Of a stretch of 63,770 bases of DNA, positions 37,745 to 51,200 are shown one piece after another (the stretch's first letter is position 1; each line of letters begins with the position of its first letter). The translations under genes were made by a program, and so were the position numbers. Origin of the DNA: Chiloscyllium plagiosum (taxonomy: Eukaryota); assembly GCF_004010195.1 (NCBI RefSeq), contig NC_057717.1, positions 103,320,522 to 103,384,291 on the forward strand. Reading direction: 5' to 3'. The notes beneath the pieces were generated by a model. That model ran no database searches. It was not told the DNA's origin and saw nothing but the letters and a program-made list of their open reading frames with translations.

Positions 37745-38718
37745 TAGAACATAGAACATAGAACAATACAGCACAGAACAGGCCCTTCGGCCCACGATGT
37801 TGTGCCGAACATTTGTCCTAGCTTAAGCACCCATCCATGTACCTATCCAATTGCCGCTTAAAGGTCACCAATGATTCTGACTCTACCACTCCCACAGGCA
37901 GAGCATTCCATGCCCCCACCACTCTCTGGGTAAAGAACCCACCCCTGACATCTCCCCTATACCTTCCACCCTTCACCTTAAATTTATGTCCCCTTGTAAC
38001 ACTCTGTTGTACCCAGGGAAAAAGTTTCTGACTGTCTACTCTATCTATTCCTCTGATCATCTTATAAACCTCGATCAAGTCACCCCTCATCCTTCGCCGT
38101 TCCAACGAGAAAAGGCCGAGAACTCTCAACCTAGCCTCGTACGACTTCCTCTCCATTCCAGGCAACATCCTGGTAAATCTTCTCTGCACCCCCTCCAAAG
38201 CTTCCACATCTTTCCTAAAGTGAGGCGACCAGAACTCCACACAGTACTCCAAATGTGGCCTAACCAAAGTCCTGTACAGCTGCAACATCACTTCACGACT
38301 CTTGAATTCAATCCCTCTGCTAATGAACGATAATACTCCATAGGCCTTCTTACAAACTCTATCCACCTGAGTGGCAACCTTCAAAGATCTATGTACATAG
38401 ACCCCAAGATCCCTCTGTTCCACCACCTGACTAAGAACCCTACCATTAACCCTCTATTCCGCATTCTTATTTGTTCTTCAAAAATGGACAACCTCACACT
38501 TGGCAGGGTTGAACTCCATCTGCCACTCCTCAACCCAGCTCTGCATCATATCTAAGTCCCTCTGCAGCCGACAACAGCCCTCCTCACTGTCCACAACTCC
38601 ACCTATCTTCGTATCATCTGCAAATTTACTGACCCACCCTTCGACTCCCTCATCTAAGTCATGAACAAAAATTACAAACAGCAGAGGACCCAGAACTGAT
38701 CCCTGCGGAACTCCACTT
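37745..38718 (-). mobile_element. Relatively young CR1 LINE 3' fragment
   Basis: Uninterrupted 202-aa ORF2 C-terminus (37818-38426), VPQGSVLGP motif at the 5' truncation, and (tagaaca)n tail; abuts a short HER1 tail at 37645-37745. Confidence 0.92.
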
Positions 38719-39069
38719 CACTGACGTCCTTTCACCTTCAACAGCTTCCCCCAATCATCTTTTGAAAGTTTTTGCCCATTTCCATCATAATTGGTCTTGC
38801 CACAAGTTATAACGTAAACTTGTGGAGTAGGCATATTCTTTTGCAGGATTATTATCAAACTAACAGCATTATATTCACAGCTCCCAAAATGCCCTCATTC
38901 TCACATTAAAGCCACTTCCCCTGCCTTATTTCCCAGGAGGAAATAAAGGAGAGGCCATGATAAGATCAGCCACGGAATGTCAAGACAGGCATGAAGGGCT
39001 GAATATCTCAATGGATCTGCTCGAATATGGTTTGTGTGTGTGCGCGCACGCACGTGCATATGTGCTTCA

Positions 39070-39770
39070 GTGTGGACTTGTCTATCCTCAAGTTTTTCAA
39101 AATGCCCAACACATCTTCCTTCCTAACAAGTATCTCCTCTAGCTTACCAGTCCGTTTCATATTCTCCTCTTCAACAATACGGTCCCTCTCATTTAAATAC
39201 TGAAGAAAAGTACTCATTCAAGACCTCTCCTATCTCTTCCAACTCAATACACTCATTTGACCAATATCCCTTTAAATCCTTTCTATTCATGTACCCATCC
39301 AGATGCCTTTTAAATGTTGTAATTGTACCAGCCTCCACCACTTCCTCTGGCAGTTCATTCCAAATACGCACCACCCTCTGTGTGAAAATGTTGCACCTCA
39401 TATACTTTTTAAATCTTTCCCCTCTCACCTTAAACCTATACCATCTAGTTTACAACTCCCCCATCCCTGGGGGAAAAGACCTTGCCTATTCACCTTATCC
39501 ATGTCCCTCATGATTTTATAAATCTCTATAAGGTCACCCCTCAGCCTCTGACGCTCCAGAGAAAACAGCCCCAGTCTGTTAAGCCTCTCCTTATAGCTCA
39601 AACCCTCCAACCCTGGCAACATCCTTGTAAATCTTTTCTGAACCTAAGTTTCACAACATCCTTCCTGTAGCAGGGAGACCAGAATTGAACACAGTATTCC
39701 AAAAGTGGCCTTACCAATGTCCTGTATGGCTGCAACATGACCTCCCAACTCCTACTCAATGCACTGACCA
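39070..39770 (-). mobile_element. CR1/HER1 fragments
   Basis: KEDVLGILKNLRIDKS, RGERFKK..FTQRVVRIWNELPEEVVEAG and [23 protein letters not shown] motifs. Confidence 0.85.
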
Positions 39771-40321
39771 TCCGGAGTAAAGTGCACAGTTTTGGTTTCC
39801 AAATTTGAAAACAAATTGAATTGCTTTAGAAACAGTTTGGAGAAGATTTGCTTGAATGATTCCTTGGATGAAGGGATTATCTTCTGAAGAAAGTTCCTCA
39901 GACTGTGCAATACTCACTGGAGTTTAGCAGAATGAGAGATGACCTCATTGAAACATGTAAGACCTTGAGGGATGTGGATAGTATTGGATTCTGGGATAAT
40001 GTTTCCTCTTCTGTGGGGAGAGTAAAATTCGTTGACATGATTTAAGAATCAGAGGTGACAGAGATGAGCTACAATCCCCTGAGGCTGCTCCAAGACTCTG
40101 TGCATGCCGTTGTGTTGATCTATTGATGTTCAGCTTTTGGAGTTCATTGCTATGCACAGACCTCCAAAGCCCACACAGAAGGGATAGAAATTAACAGAGG
40201 ACTTGAGAAGAAATTATTTCTCTCAGCTAGTCATTTGAGCGTGGAGCTTTCTTCCCCAGAAGGTCATGGAGGTTGGGTCTTTAACATTTATTCAAGGCTA
40301 AGTTGGACAGATTTTTGACAG

Positions 40322-40400
40322 GAGAAAGTGAGGTCTGCAGATGCTGGAGATCAGAGATGGAAATGTGTTGCTGGAAAAGCGCAGCAGGTCAGGCAGCATC
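40322..40400 (-). mobile_element. PLE family A 79-bp terminal fragment with 45-bp target duplication
   Basis: gtctttaacatttattcaaggctaagttggacagatttttgacag is repeated exactly at 40277-40321 and 40401-40445. Confidence 0.85.
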
Positions 40401-40549
40401 GTCTTTAACATTTATTCAAGGCTAAGTTGGACAGATTTTTGACAGTCAAGGGGGTCAAGGGATATCTGAGGTCAACAGGAAAGAAGGACTGAGGCCACAA
40501 TCAGATCAACCACAATTTTATTGAATGGTGAAGCAGACACAAAAGATCT

Positions 40550-41205
40550 TTTAGAGTGTCATCGAGTCATGCAGCATGGAAACAGACTCTTTGGTCCAAT
40601 CAGTCCGTGCTCACCCTAATCCCAAAGTAAATTTAGCCCCACCTGCCTTCTCCTGGTCCACATCCCTCCAACCTTCCCTATTCATGCACACATCTAAGTG
40701 TCTTTTAAATGTTGTAACTGTTCCCGTATCCACCACTTACACTGGCAGTTCATTCCATACACAAACCACTCTCTGTGTAAAAAGGATTGTCCCCATGACT
40801 TTTTAAAATCTTTCTCCTCTCACCTTAAGAATGTGCACCCTAGTCTTGAAATCTCTCATCCTAGGGAATAGATTCCTGCCATTCACCTTATCTCTGCCCC
40901 TCATGATCTTATAAACCTTTATAAGGTCAACCCTCAACCTCCTGCATTCCAGTGAAAAGTCTCCTAACCTGTCCAGCCTCTCCTTGTAACTCAAACCCTC
41001 CATTCCCAGTAACATCCTGGTAAATCTCTTCCGAACCCTCTCCAGTTTAATAAAATCCTTCCTATAACAGAGTGACCAGAACTGGACACAGTATTCCGGA
41101 AGAGGCCTCACCAATGTCCTGTACATTGCCTCAACATGTCGTCCCGACTTTGATACTCAAAGGTCTGAGCAACGAAGGCAAGCATGCTAAACATCTTCTT
41201 AACCA
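40550..41205 (-). mobile_element. CR1 LINE 3' fragment
   Basis: ORF 40803-41126: MYRTLVRPLPEYCVQFWS...ERLDRLG. Confidence 0.85.
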
Positions 41206-43315
41206 CTCTATTTAATGCCCACTCCTGCTAAGTCTGGTATTCCTACACCCTATCCCACAATTGTTGGGCTTGTTTGGGAAGACACGTCGAGCCGTGAGTC
41301 ATTGTGGGTCGCACAGTTGAGATTGCCTTCAGGAATCACAGCTTTCCACCAATTCACACATATTGCAGTTTGCTGATCCTAATAGATTGTCGCATTCCGA
41401 TTAATACAAGGTGCTAAAATATCCGAATCCAAATGCCCAGACACAGAAAGAGAAGCCAGAAAACCAATTCAAGTATGGATAGAACTAACTTGCTAAGGAA
41501 TCGAGGGAGCACACACCATGGTTTGAGGGCCACATAAGAGCGAGGGAGTGTAGTTTTGGCTAACTTTCCCTTGTTGATAGATGACAGTGGGCTCTCTGGC
41601 CTCAAATAGTGCTGATCTCACTAACATTGATCTCACCCAGTGCACAACCTGTGCAATGTAACGTTATGCCTCTGTCTAAGTCTTCTTACAACCTCTGATC
41701 AGTACATCCTTGCTTATTATGATCTGCCTGTATTGCTCATAAACAAAACGTTTCATTGTACTCCGGTACACACGACAATAAATCAAACAATCGATCAATC
41801 AACATAGCTGTGAAACATGGATCCTTTGCTAACTCTTCTTAACTCCCTCTGCTGGTACGTGAATTTCACAAATGGCCAAAAGAAGGGTTACGCAGAATTC
41901 TATTTTTAATTCCCCTGTACTTTTTCTCCTGTCACTGCTCAGACTGGTGACCAGGTCATTCCTGAAGGGTTGGCAACCCTGGCAGGAGCAGTGAGACTGA
42001 CTGTATTTTCTGACGCTGTAAGGGTTTAATTTCCCTAATAGAGATTCATTTCAAAGCATTTAAATTAAAGTCTATCTTCCGCTGCCATTTCAAAAAAGGG
42101 TTCCCAATCCATTTGGAGTCATCTGGTCATAGAGAACTTAAGTCTTGCTGATAAAAGACACACTTTATTGAAGCTTTTCATCTTACACAGATCAGAACAA
42201 TTTGCAAGATGTAACAAAAAACAGGTATTCTTGCAAACTGTCCTGATTCATGCATTTTGACAAAATGCATCACTTTTCAGCAATAAAATGAGCATGCTCA
42301 AACACTGTTGTTACACTATCAGGCAAAGAAAGGCTGGCATTTTAGATCAAAGTACAGCAGATAATTTGTACACAGCAAGCTCCCAGGGACCAAAACAAAA
42401 ATTGCTGGAGAATCTCAGCAGGTCTGTGGAAGGAATGCAGAGCTAACGATTCAAGTCCAGTGACCCTCTTTCCAGAATTGTTTGTCGGTGATGATCATAA
42501 ACATTGGACAAGGGCATTGGAGAGGATTTCCCTACTCTCCCTTTAAAATCCAGGCGAAAACTGTTACATCCACTCCATGCAGGAACACAGCGAAACTGTT
42601 CCGTGTCACGTCATGTGATTCAACGTCAGCTCGGTTGTAAAAATTAGAAATCTTGCTTTTCTGAACTTTCTCAACTTAAAAAGTACGGTGAACAGAAGAC
42701 TTGACAGAAAGTGACATCTGATTTACCACAGAATCCCATTGAATTTGTCGAAAGAAAAGATGAGAACATTTTGGGTACTTTAAAATTCTCAACTTTGTTC
42801 TTAAACCTCTCCATGGCCTCACCCCTCCCTATTCCTCTGACCCTACAAGCTTCCAGGCTCTCAATACTCCTCTAGTCTCTTACGCATCCTAAATTTACTT
42901 TGTTGCATCGTTGATGGGTGTACCTTCAGCAACTTTAACCCCTCAGCTACGGAATTCCATCACTTAGCTCCTCTGTCTCTCTCTACCCCTCTCTCCTCAA
43001 GCTCTCGTTCTTTGAGCTGGAGTGACCCACTGTCAAACATTGCCTGGTAAGTCCTCTTCTGCCAGCCTCTTTGGAATAGCCCACCAAATTGAGGGTGCTA
43101 TACAAATGCAAGATGAGGCCCAAAACAGTCTCTGCCAGATATTTTCCCGTGTTTGTCTCAGGAAGGTTCACAACAAGAAGCAAAGAGCTATTTCCTGAAG
43201 CTTTATATCATCTGTAAAGGTCTATTCCCTCAAGTAATATCTAATAATAAATAATTCAACTGAACTTGGAAGTCATTACATGGTTTGAAAAGGATCACCT
43301 AGCATTAATAATCAA

Positions 43316-44672
43316 TGTGACTCTCCTTTAGTCTCTTGGACTCAAGACTGAACTCAACTCAAAAGCATGACATTAAATTTGTCCCTTTCTGCTGACTGGA
43401 AAGAGTCTTAGTGTAACATTTGTGTAACACAACCATCCTCAGATCTTAGCACCAATTTATCTGCAATTGCTTGCTCAGAATCAGGGCTAATTTCTTAAGC
43501 TGGCAAAGCTTTTCAGTTCTGAAGAAGGTCATGTTGGGCTCAAAACATGAACTCTGTTCCTCTCTCAGCATTTGCTGCCAGATCTGCTGAGTTTTGGATT
43601 TTATTGTAGATACCAAGAATCTGCAATATTACAATTTATGACATTAGTAACAACATTATCCATTTTTGTTAAGTACAGAAGAAGGAGACATTCATTTAAA
43701 ATCATAGATTCATAGAATCCCCAAAGTGTGGAAGCAGGCCATTCAGCCCATTGAGTATACACCAACCCTCCAAAGGGCATCCCACCCAGATCTGCCCCAT
43801 CCCTGCATTTCCCATGCTAGTCCACACATCCCTGGGCACTATGGGCAATGTAGCACAGTCAATCCACCTAAACTGTACATCTTGGGACTGTGGGAGGAAA
43901 CCTGTACAGACACAGGGAGATTGCACAAACTCCACACAGACAGTCGCCCGAGGCTGGAATCGAACCCAGATCGCTGGTGCTGTGAGGCAGCAGGGCTAAC
44001 CACTGAGCCTCCATGCTGCCCCAAGTGTGGTGGAGGCTGGATCTTTAAAAACGAGGTGAATAGTTGGTTGGATGATGAAGCAGCCTTGATGGGCTGAATG
44101 GCCAACTCTTGCTCTAACATCTCATGTTCTCATTTTTGGGATGTGAAGGTCGATGGCTGTGCTGATACTTGTGGCCCATCCCTAATTGCCCTCGAGAACA
44201 TGGTGTTGACTTGCCTGCTTGAACCACTGCAGTCTACCTGTTGCAAGGATCTGCACAGTGCTTATTTCTGTAACAGTTTAATACAAAGGAATGCCTTGCT
44301 CAGTCACTTCAGAATACTTAAAAGTCAACCATGTGACAATCAAAAGTAGGCCAGACCAAGTAAGGATAGCAGATTTGAATGGAACTGAATTGAATTTATT
44401 GTCACGTGTACCGAGGCACAGTGAAAAGCTTTGTCTTGCGAGCGATACAGGCAGGTCACAGAGTTAAGTAGCATAGGTAAGTAAATAATAGGTAAACAGC
44501 GGCAAAAACAAAACACAGGTACAGGTGAATGTTAAACACAGGTACAGGAGGATGGTTGTGTTACACAAATGTTACACTAAGACTCTTTCCAGTCAGCAGA
44601 AAGGGACAAATTTAATGTCATGCTTTTGAGTTGAGTTCAGTCTTGAGTCCAAGAGACTAAAGGAGAGTCACA
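43316..44672. repeat. Perfect 125-bp inverted duplication (43316-43440 / 44548-44672)
   Basis: Base-by-base reverse-complement identity, read directly from the sequence. Confidence 0.9.
43710..44022 (-). mobile_element. HE1-type V-SINE
   Basis: Reverse copy with B-box (ggaatcgaacc) and V-domain. Confidence 0.8.
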
Positions 44673-45226
44673 GGAGTATTCTAACAACAGTAAGGTAGAA
44701 ACTGTTTCAAAACCGGCTGGTGCGTGTGTTCAGGCTTCTGTACCTTCTCCTTGATGGTAGAGGTTGTAGAAAAACATTGCCAGGGTGGGATGGATAAGGT
44801 GTGGTTTTATGACAATAATACAGTACGAGACATCTACAGTAGGACATTGTTCATCCTAATAACCAATAGCCCATCCATTAGCTATGTATGCCATTCAGCC
44901 CATCAGTCCACTCCACCATTCAATGAGATCATAGCTGATCTCATAGCCCTAAACTCCACTTTGCTGTCTTTATGTAACAGGAAGGTACAGAAATAGCTTT
45001 AGAGATGATGACCAAGGATAGAGGCACCATGTTGGCCTTTTCAAAGCCCTGTGAAAGACAAGGGTCATGTCCTCGTAATTTGATAGTTGATTTTAAAGAA
45101 GATATCAAGGTGTTGGCGGAGAAAGGGTTGATCTTTCAGAAAGCCTTCCATGAAGTACCTGACTAGAGACCTTTCCATTGAATATGTTTTTTTACGAAAT
45201 TAGCCGCAATCTGCTGGGAAATTGAG

Positions 45227-45440
45227 GAGAAAGTGGGGACTGCAGATGTTGGAGATCAGAGTCGAGAGTGTGGTGCCAGAAAAGCACAGCAGGTCAGGCA
45301 GCATCCGAGGAGCAGGAAAATCGGCATTTCAGGAATAAGCCTTTCCTTTCCTGATGAAGAGCTTATGCCCGAAATGTTGATTCTCCTGCTCCTCGGATGC
45401 TGCCTGACTTCCTGTGCTTTCCCAGCACTATGTTCTCAAC
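45227..45440. mobile_element. PLE family A fold-back unit
   Basis: Inverted arms around ttcCTGATGAagagcttatgcccGAAAtgTT. Degenerate 16-bp TSD: ctgctgggaaattgag (45211-45226) / ctgctaggggattgag (45440-45455). Confidence 0.8.
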
Positions 45441-45984
45441 TGCTAGGGGATTGAGACTTGGCTAAAAGTCCATTGTCCAGAAGTTGCCAATGAATGCATA
45501 TCTACATGGAGTTTGCTCCTGTTTCTCCCCAAAGTCCAAAGATGTGCAAGTTAGGTGGATTGGCCATGGGAAATGCAGGGTAACAGGGAAATGGAAAAGG
45601 GGGTGGATCTGGGTGGGATGCTCTTTGGAGTTTTGGTGTGGACATGATGGGCTGAATGGCCTGCTTCCACATTGTAGGGATTCTATGAAATGGGACAGGC
45701 TAGAGCATTGTCTTTCTCCAGAGTTCCTGGAACGCTAGGGGCCTAAGGGGTTTCCTGCAATTTTCCAGACATTTAAAAACTGGACCGCCTTTTTCAGTTT
45801 TACAAGTTACATTTAATGGAAGACAATCATTCCACAAAACCACAATAAAACCATTATAGATAGGAGCAAACATAGGTCATTGAGCCCATCAAATCTGCTT
45901 CCCCATTCAATGGCTGACCTGATAATCTTCAACTACACTCTCCTGCCTTTTTCCTTCATTTCCTTAATAATTAAAAGGTCATTT

Positions 45985-46608
45985 TTGGAATACTTCAGTC
46001 AATTCTGGTCTTTCTGCTAAAGGAAAGATGCTGTTGAACTTGAAAAGGTTCAGAATATGATATGGAGGTGCCAGTGGTGGACTGAGGTGGACAATGTTAA
46101 AAATCACATAACAACAAGTTCAGAAAAGATTTACAAGGATGTTGCCAGGGTTGGAGGGTTTGAACTATGGGGAGAGGCTGAAGAGGCTGGGGCTGTTTTC
46201 CCTGGAGCATCGGAGGCTGTGGGGTGACCTCATTGAGGTTTATAAGATCATGAGGGACATGGGTAGGTTGAATAGACAAAGTCTTTTCCCCAGAGTAAGG
46301 GGAGTCCAAAACTAGAGGGCATAGGTTTAATGTGAGAGGGTTAAGATTTAGAAAGGACCCACGGGGCAATGCTTTCACACAGAGGTTGATGCGTGTTTGG
46401 AATGAGCTGCCAGAGGAAGTGGTGGAGTCTGGTACAATTGCAACATTTAAAAGGTACCTGGATGGGTATATGAGTAGGAAAGGTTTGGAGGGATATGGGC
46501 CAGGTGCTGGCAAATGAGTCTATATTAATTTAGGATATCTGGTCAGCATGGACGAGTTGGACCTAAAGGTCTGATTCCGTGCTGTACATCTCTATGACTC
46601 CATGACTC
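45985..46608 (+). mobile_element. HER1/CR1 LINE 3' fragment containing a family-B PLE tail insertion (about 46056-46117)
   Basis: RGNAFTQRLMRVWNELPEEVVESG; the insert is flanked by gttcagaa repeats. Confidence 0.8.
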
Positions 46609-48534
46609 TAAATGTGTCTGTCTCGGCCTTGAATATCCTTAATAACCTGACCTCTATAGTTCTCTGTGGTCAAGAATTCCACAGATTCACCACCCCCTGA
46701 AAAGAAATTCCTCCTCACCTCTCTCTTAACCATGCATCCGTCCACACAATTGCATTTCACTTCATTTTCGGATATAAGCATAACAGGAGGAAAGGTGACG
46801 CTGTTGGGGTTCCACAGACTTTTGCAATACATTATGAGTTTCCTTCAACAAATATCTGTTGTAAAGCTCCGAGCTAAAGAAAGTAGTTTGAAAGTAGTTT
46901 TACGTGCTGTTTTCATACATGCCTGCTTCCTCAAAGCACAGGTATTAGGAGACAGAGTCCAGGTACGTATCAGTGGTAGAAATTAGCAATTCTAGAGCAG
47001 AAGGAGATCAATGATTCTCTCCAGCGAAGGTAAACAATCCAGTGGCGCAGGCAAAGAAGCTCACATGGAATGAGCTGCCAGAGGAAGTGGTTGAGGCAGG
47101 TACGTCAACAACATTTAAAAGGCATTTGGACAAATACATGGAGAGGAAAGGATTATAAGGATATGGGCCAAGTGCAGGGAAATGGGGTTAGCGTGGATGG
47201 ACATTTTGGTCGGCATGGACCAGTTTGGGCTGTGGGACTCTATGACTCCATGACTCTCTATGAAGCAATGAGGTTTTGTCTCTGTATCCTACCCAATATC
47301 TAGCCTCAAAAAACGTCATGAGAAATGAGTATCCTGTCAGTATTACATTCATATATCAGGGAGTTTGCTGCATACAAATTGGCTCCTGCCTTCCTCCAAT
47401 GACGACTATCCATTAAATGTACCTCATTGACCATAAAATATTTTGAGATGTCCTGTGATGGAAGGTGCTAAATCAACTCATTTTTGTTACTATAAAAACA
47501 TTTGTGTTCCTAGCCGATGGTGGGACAGGTACCAGAATTGCAGAGTTGGTCATTAATTTGGGATCAACTGACTTTTAAAAAGTGGAACTGATTGTTAGCT
47601 TTAAGAGTTGCTTAAAGACACTACCAAATGCACTGGAATGAGACAATCTTGAAAAGGATGAGAAGTAAGGGCATTTCATATTAACTTGCGGATCATGGAT
47701 GGAGAGGGTGTGATGGCCTGAATGGCTGTTTGTTTTTTGGTTGTTTATGCTGTGGTGGTTGAGGTGGATCCATTTAAAAAGGATCTAGATTTGCCTCTAA
47801 AGTGCTGGACTCTGCTGGAAATTGGGATTAGAATGTGCGCCTGGTTTAGTCAGCCACACAGCCAAAATGGGCTGAATGGCCTCTTTCTGTGTCATGACCC
47901 TTGTATGGTTCAATGGTTTCCTGGGGGATGGTTGGACAGATAAGATTCCAAAAGCATGGACAGGGAACTGAGCTGGATGGTCAGCCATGATCGTACTAAA
48001 TAGCAGATCAGACTCGAAGGGCCGTGTGGTTGAGTCCAGCTCCTATTTTCTATGCTTTTAATACGACTATAAACAAGGAATAGTTTATTCCGTTGACAAA
48101 TGATTATATTTATTTCTCCTTTGGAAAAATTCAACTGCAGTCTTAGGGAAATAGGGCAAGTCTGGTTCCCCTCAGCACCCGTTTCTCTGAGTTACAGAAG
48201 CTTGAATTATTGATCATGTCTTTAATTATTTAGCCTCCCATAAAACCAAACAACATTAATATCACTTGGAATTGTTTCAGCTTATAAACACTGGCTCTGT
48301 GAAGCTAAATCACTGCACGCCTTGAACAGTTTTCTGTGTTAATGCCCACAAGTGCAAAGTATTCTTTTTAATATAAATAACAGCTCAAAGGTGAGCTTGC
48401 TAAGCAGTTACATTGAGTAACTTGCAGGGCTGTACTTTACTTCTCTCAGACTTTTCTGAAAGGATTGTGGTCCCTCTGCAGCAATGTTGGCAATCCCAAA
48501 GTAATTACATTACTCAAAATACTAGATATTAGAG

Positions 48535-49230
48535 GTAGAACATAGAACATAGGACAATACAGCGCAGAACAGGCCCTTCGGCCCTCGATGTTGCGCCGAC
48601 CTGTGAACAAATCTAAGTCCATCCCCCTATACTATCCCATCATCATCCATGTGCTTATCCAAGGATTGTTTAAATCTCCTTAATGTGGCTGTGTTAACTA
48701 CATTAGCAGGTAGGGCATTCCACACCCTTACCACTCTCTGAGTAAAGAACCTGCCTCTGATATCTGTCTTAAATCTATCACCCCTCAATGTGTAGTTATG
48801 CCCCTTCGTACAAGCTGATGTCAACATCCTAGGAAAAAGACTTTCACTGTCTAGCCTATCTAATCCTCTGATCATCTTGTATGTCTCTATCAAATCCCCC
48901 CTTAGCCTTCTTCTTTCCAATGAGAACAGACCCAAGTCTCTCAGCCTTTCCTCATAAGACCCTCCCTCCAGACCAGGCAGCATCCTGGTAAATCTCCTCT
49001 GCACCTTTTCCAATGCTTCCACATCCTTCCCGAAAAATGGCGACCAGAACTGCACACATTTTCCCAAGTGTGGCCGCACTAGCATTTTGTATAGTTGCAG
49101 CATGATATTGTGGCTCCGGAACTCAATCTCTCTACGAGTGAAACCTAACACACCGTATGCCTTCTGAACAGCACTATCCACCTGGGTGGCAACAGTCAGG
49201 GATCTATGCACATGGACTCCAAGATCCCTC
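48535..49230 (-). mobile_element. CR1 LINE 3' fragment
   Basis: ORF 48627-49289: RDLGVHVHRSL..LYKMLVRPHL..GRFFTQRVVRVWNALP; (atagaac) tail. Confidence 0.9.
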
Positions 49231-50049
49231 ATCCAGACATTGCAAGACTGAGAGGAAAGTCCAGAACCCCTTACTCTAGAGAGGGGCAAGATTGAGGGGT
49301 GGGCTGATCAGGTTTTCTGAAATTATCAATAGGGTATGTCCACACCTCAACCATCTCCAGCCACTGCCCCAAAGGGAGCCTAGATCTCGATGCCATAACC
49401 ACAAGACTGTCACTGATAAATCCAATCAGGAATTTGACATCTTTACTCAGGGAGTGGGGAGAACATTCCGACAGGAAGCGATGAGTGACAAATATTAATG
49501 GAAATTGAATCCAGCCAAACAGGATGGCAAGAAGTGCAATACAAGGTTGAGAGGGAGCTAAGCAGGGAGACAGGACCAACACGCCCCCTGAAATGTCCCC
49601 TGAAATCCATACCTGGCAACAGGTCCCCGGGCTGGAAGTCAATGCTCTAGACGATCATTGTGTGTGAACCTCTGGACCCACCTCATTGCATGAAGAGAAC
49701 GTTGAAGAGGGAACGCATAGAAGGTAGATAGGCTGAATGGCCTGTTCCTGCACTGTTGTTCTGAGCCATCTTTGTAAAGCTGTTGCTATCATGCTGGAGA
49801 CTCCCTGCCTTTGAAGTTGGAAGGGGGATCATTTCCTGGTCCACTCGGTGCATGACAAGTCACGGAGATTACAGTCTATTACATTTCTGGTGTCACCCAG
49901 TCACAGGCTGTGCATTGTCCCGTCATGCCCCAGCAATAACAGATGATCATCTCAAATCTAACCCATTTTAAAGAAAGAATTTAAAGAGCTCACATTGGTG
50001 TCACCATATGCCATTTTGCGAATGAAGATCCTTTCCATAAAGTTTCTCA

Positions 50050-50508
50050 GGTTGGGTTGGAGGGTTTGAGCTATAGGGAGAGGCTGAACAGGTTAGGGCT
50101 ATTTTCCCTGGAGCATCAGAGGCTGAGGGGTGACCTCATAGAGGTTTATAAAATCCTGAGAGGCATGGATAGGGTAAATAGACAAAGTCTTTTCCCTGGT
50201 TCGGAGAGTCCAGAACTAGAGGGCATAGGTTTAGGGTGAGAGGGGCAAGATATAAAAGAGACCTAAGGGGCAACCTTTTTATGCAGAGGGTGGTACGTGT
50301 ATGGAATGAACTGCCAGAGGAAGTGGAGGAGGCTGGTACAATTGCAAGATGTAAAAGGCATCTGGATGGGTATATGAATAGGAAGGGTTTGGAGGGATAT
50401 GGGCCGGGTGCTGGCAGGTGGGACTAGATTGGGTTGGGATATCTGGTTGGCATGGACGGGTTGGAATCGAAGGGTCTGTTTCCATGCTGTACATCTCTAT
50501 GACTCTAT
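50050..50508 (+). mobile_element. HER1/CR1 LINE 3' end
   Basis: [18 protein letters not shown]...QRVVRVWNELPEEV; ctctatgactctat tail. Confidence 0.85.
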
Positions 50509-51071
50509 AACTCGGTAAAAACCCTCATTGAGTGGTCAGTTTGAGATGTCAGTGTATTTGATAAGTACAAGTCTAAACAGTTTTGTCAGCTCTATTATAA
50601 AGGCACTTCATTTGAATCTTTTTTGTGCACAACAAGAGGAGATATCAATAACAAAGAATATTTTTCAAATCAAGTGCAGGTGTCAGATATTCCCAAGTCA
50701 TGTAGGTAACTTTCTGCATTCCCTGCACTGTGCTTTAAACTTAGTCTCATAAAAACATCTTCATCCATCATGCCAGACTTCTCTCAGAGGGATCCCCAGT
50801 TAGTGGCATTTCCTCTGCATTTGCTGCTTTGATTCCCACCCACAAGACTAACTCTCAAGGCAATCCAAAATTCTTGTCACGCAGAACCCCCATTGGTTTC
50901 AGACTGAAAATCCTTTCATCTAATCAGCGTGCGTTGCATTTCAATGAACCCTGTGCCTACTGCTGAACAGTTTTGATAAAAGACAATAGGAGGTGTTGTG
51001 TCCAAGCATAAAATACATACAATCTGTTTCAGGCACGTTTCTCGACTGGTCTCTGGCAAATAACTTTTTGG

Positions 51072-51200
51072 TGGATGAAGGGCTTTTGCCCGAAATGTCG
51101 ATTTTCCTGCTCCTCGGATGCTGCTTGACCTGCTGTCCTTTTCCAGCACCACTCTGATCTGGACTCTGGTTTCCAGCATCTGCAGTCCTCACTTTTACCT
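51072..51200 (+). mobile_element. PLE family A solo terminal repeat with 10-bp TSD
   Basis: TSD ctggcaaata at 51053-51062 and 51199-51208; gatgaagggcttttgcccGAAAtgTC. Confidence 0.8.
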
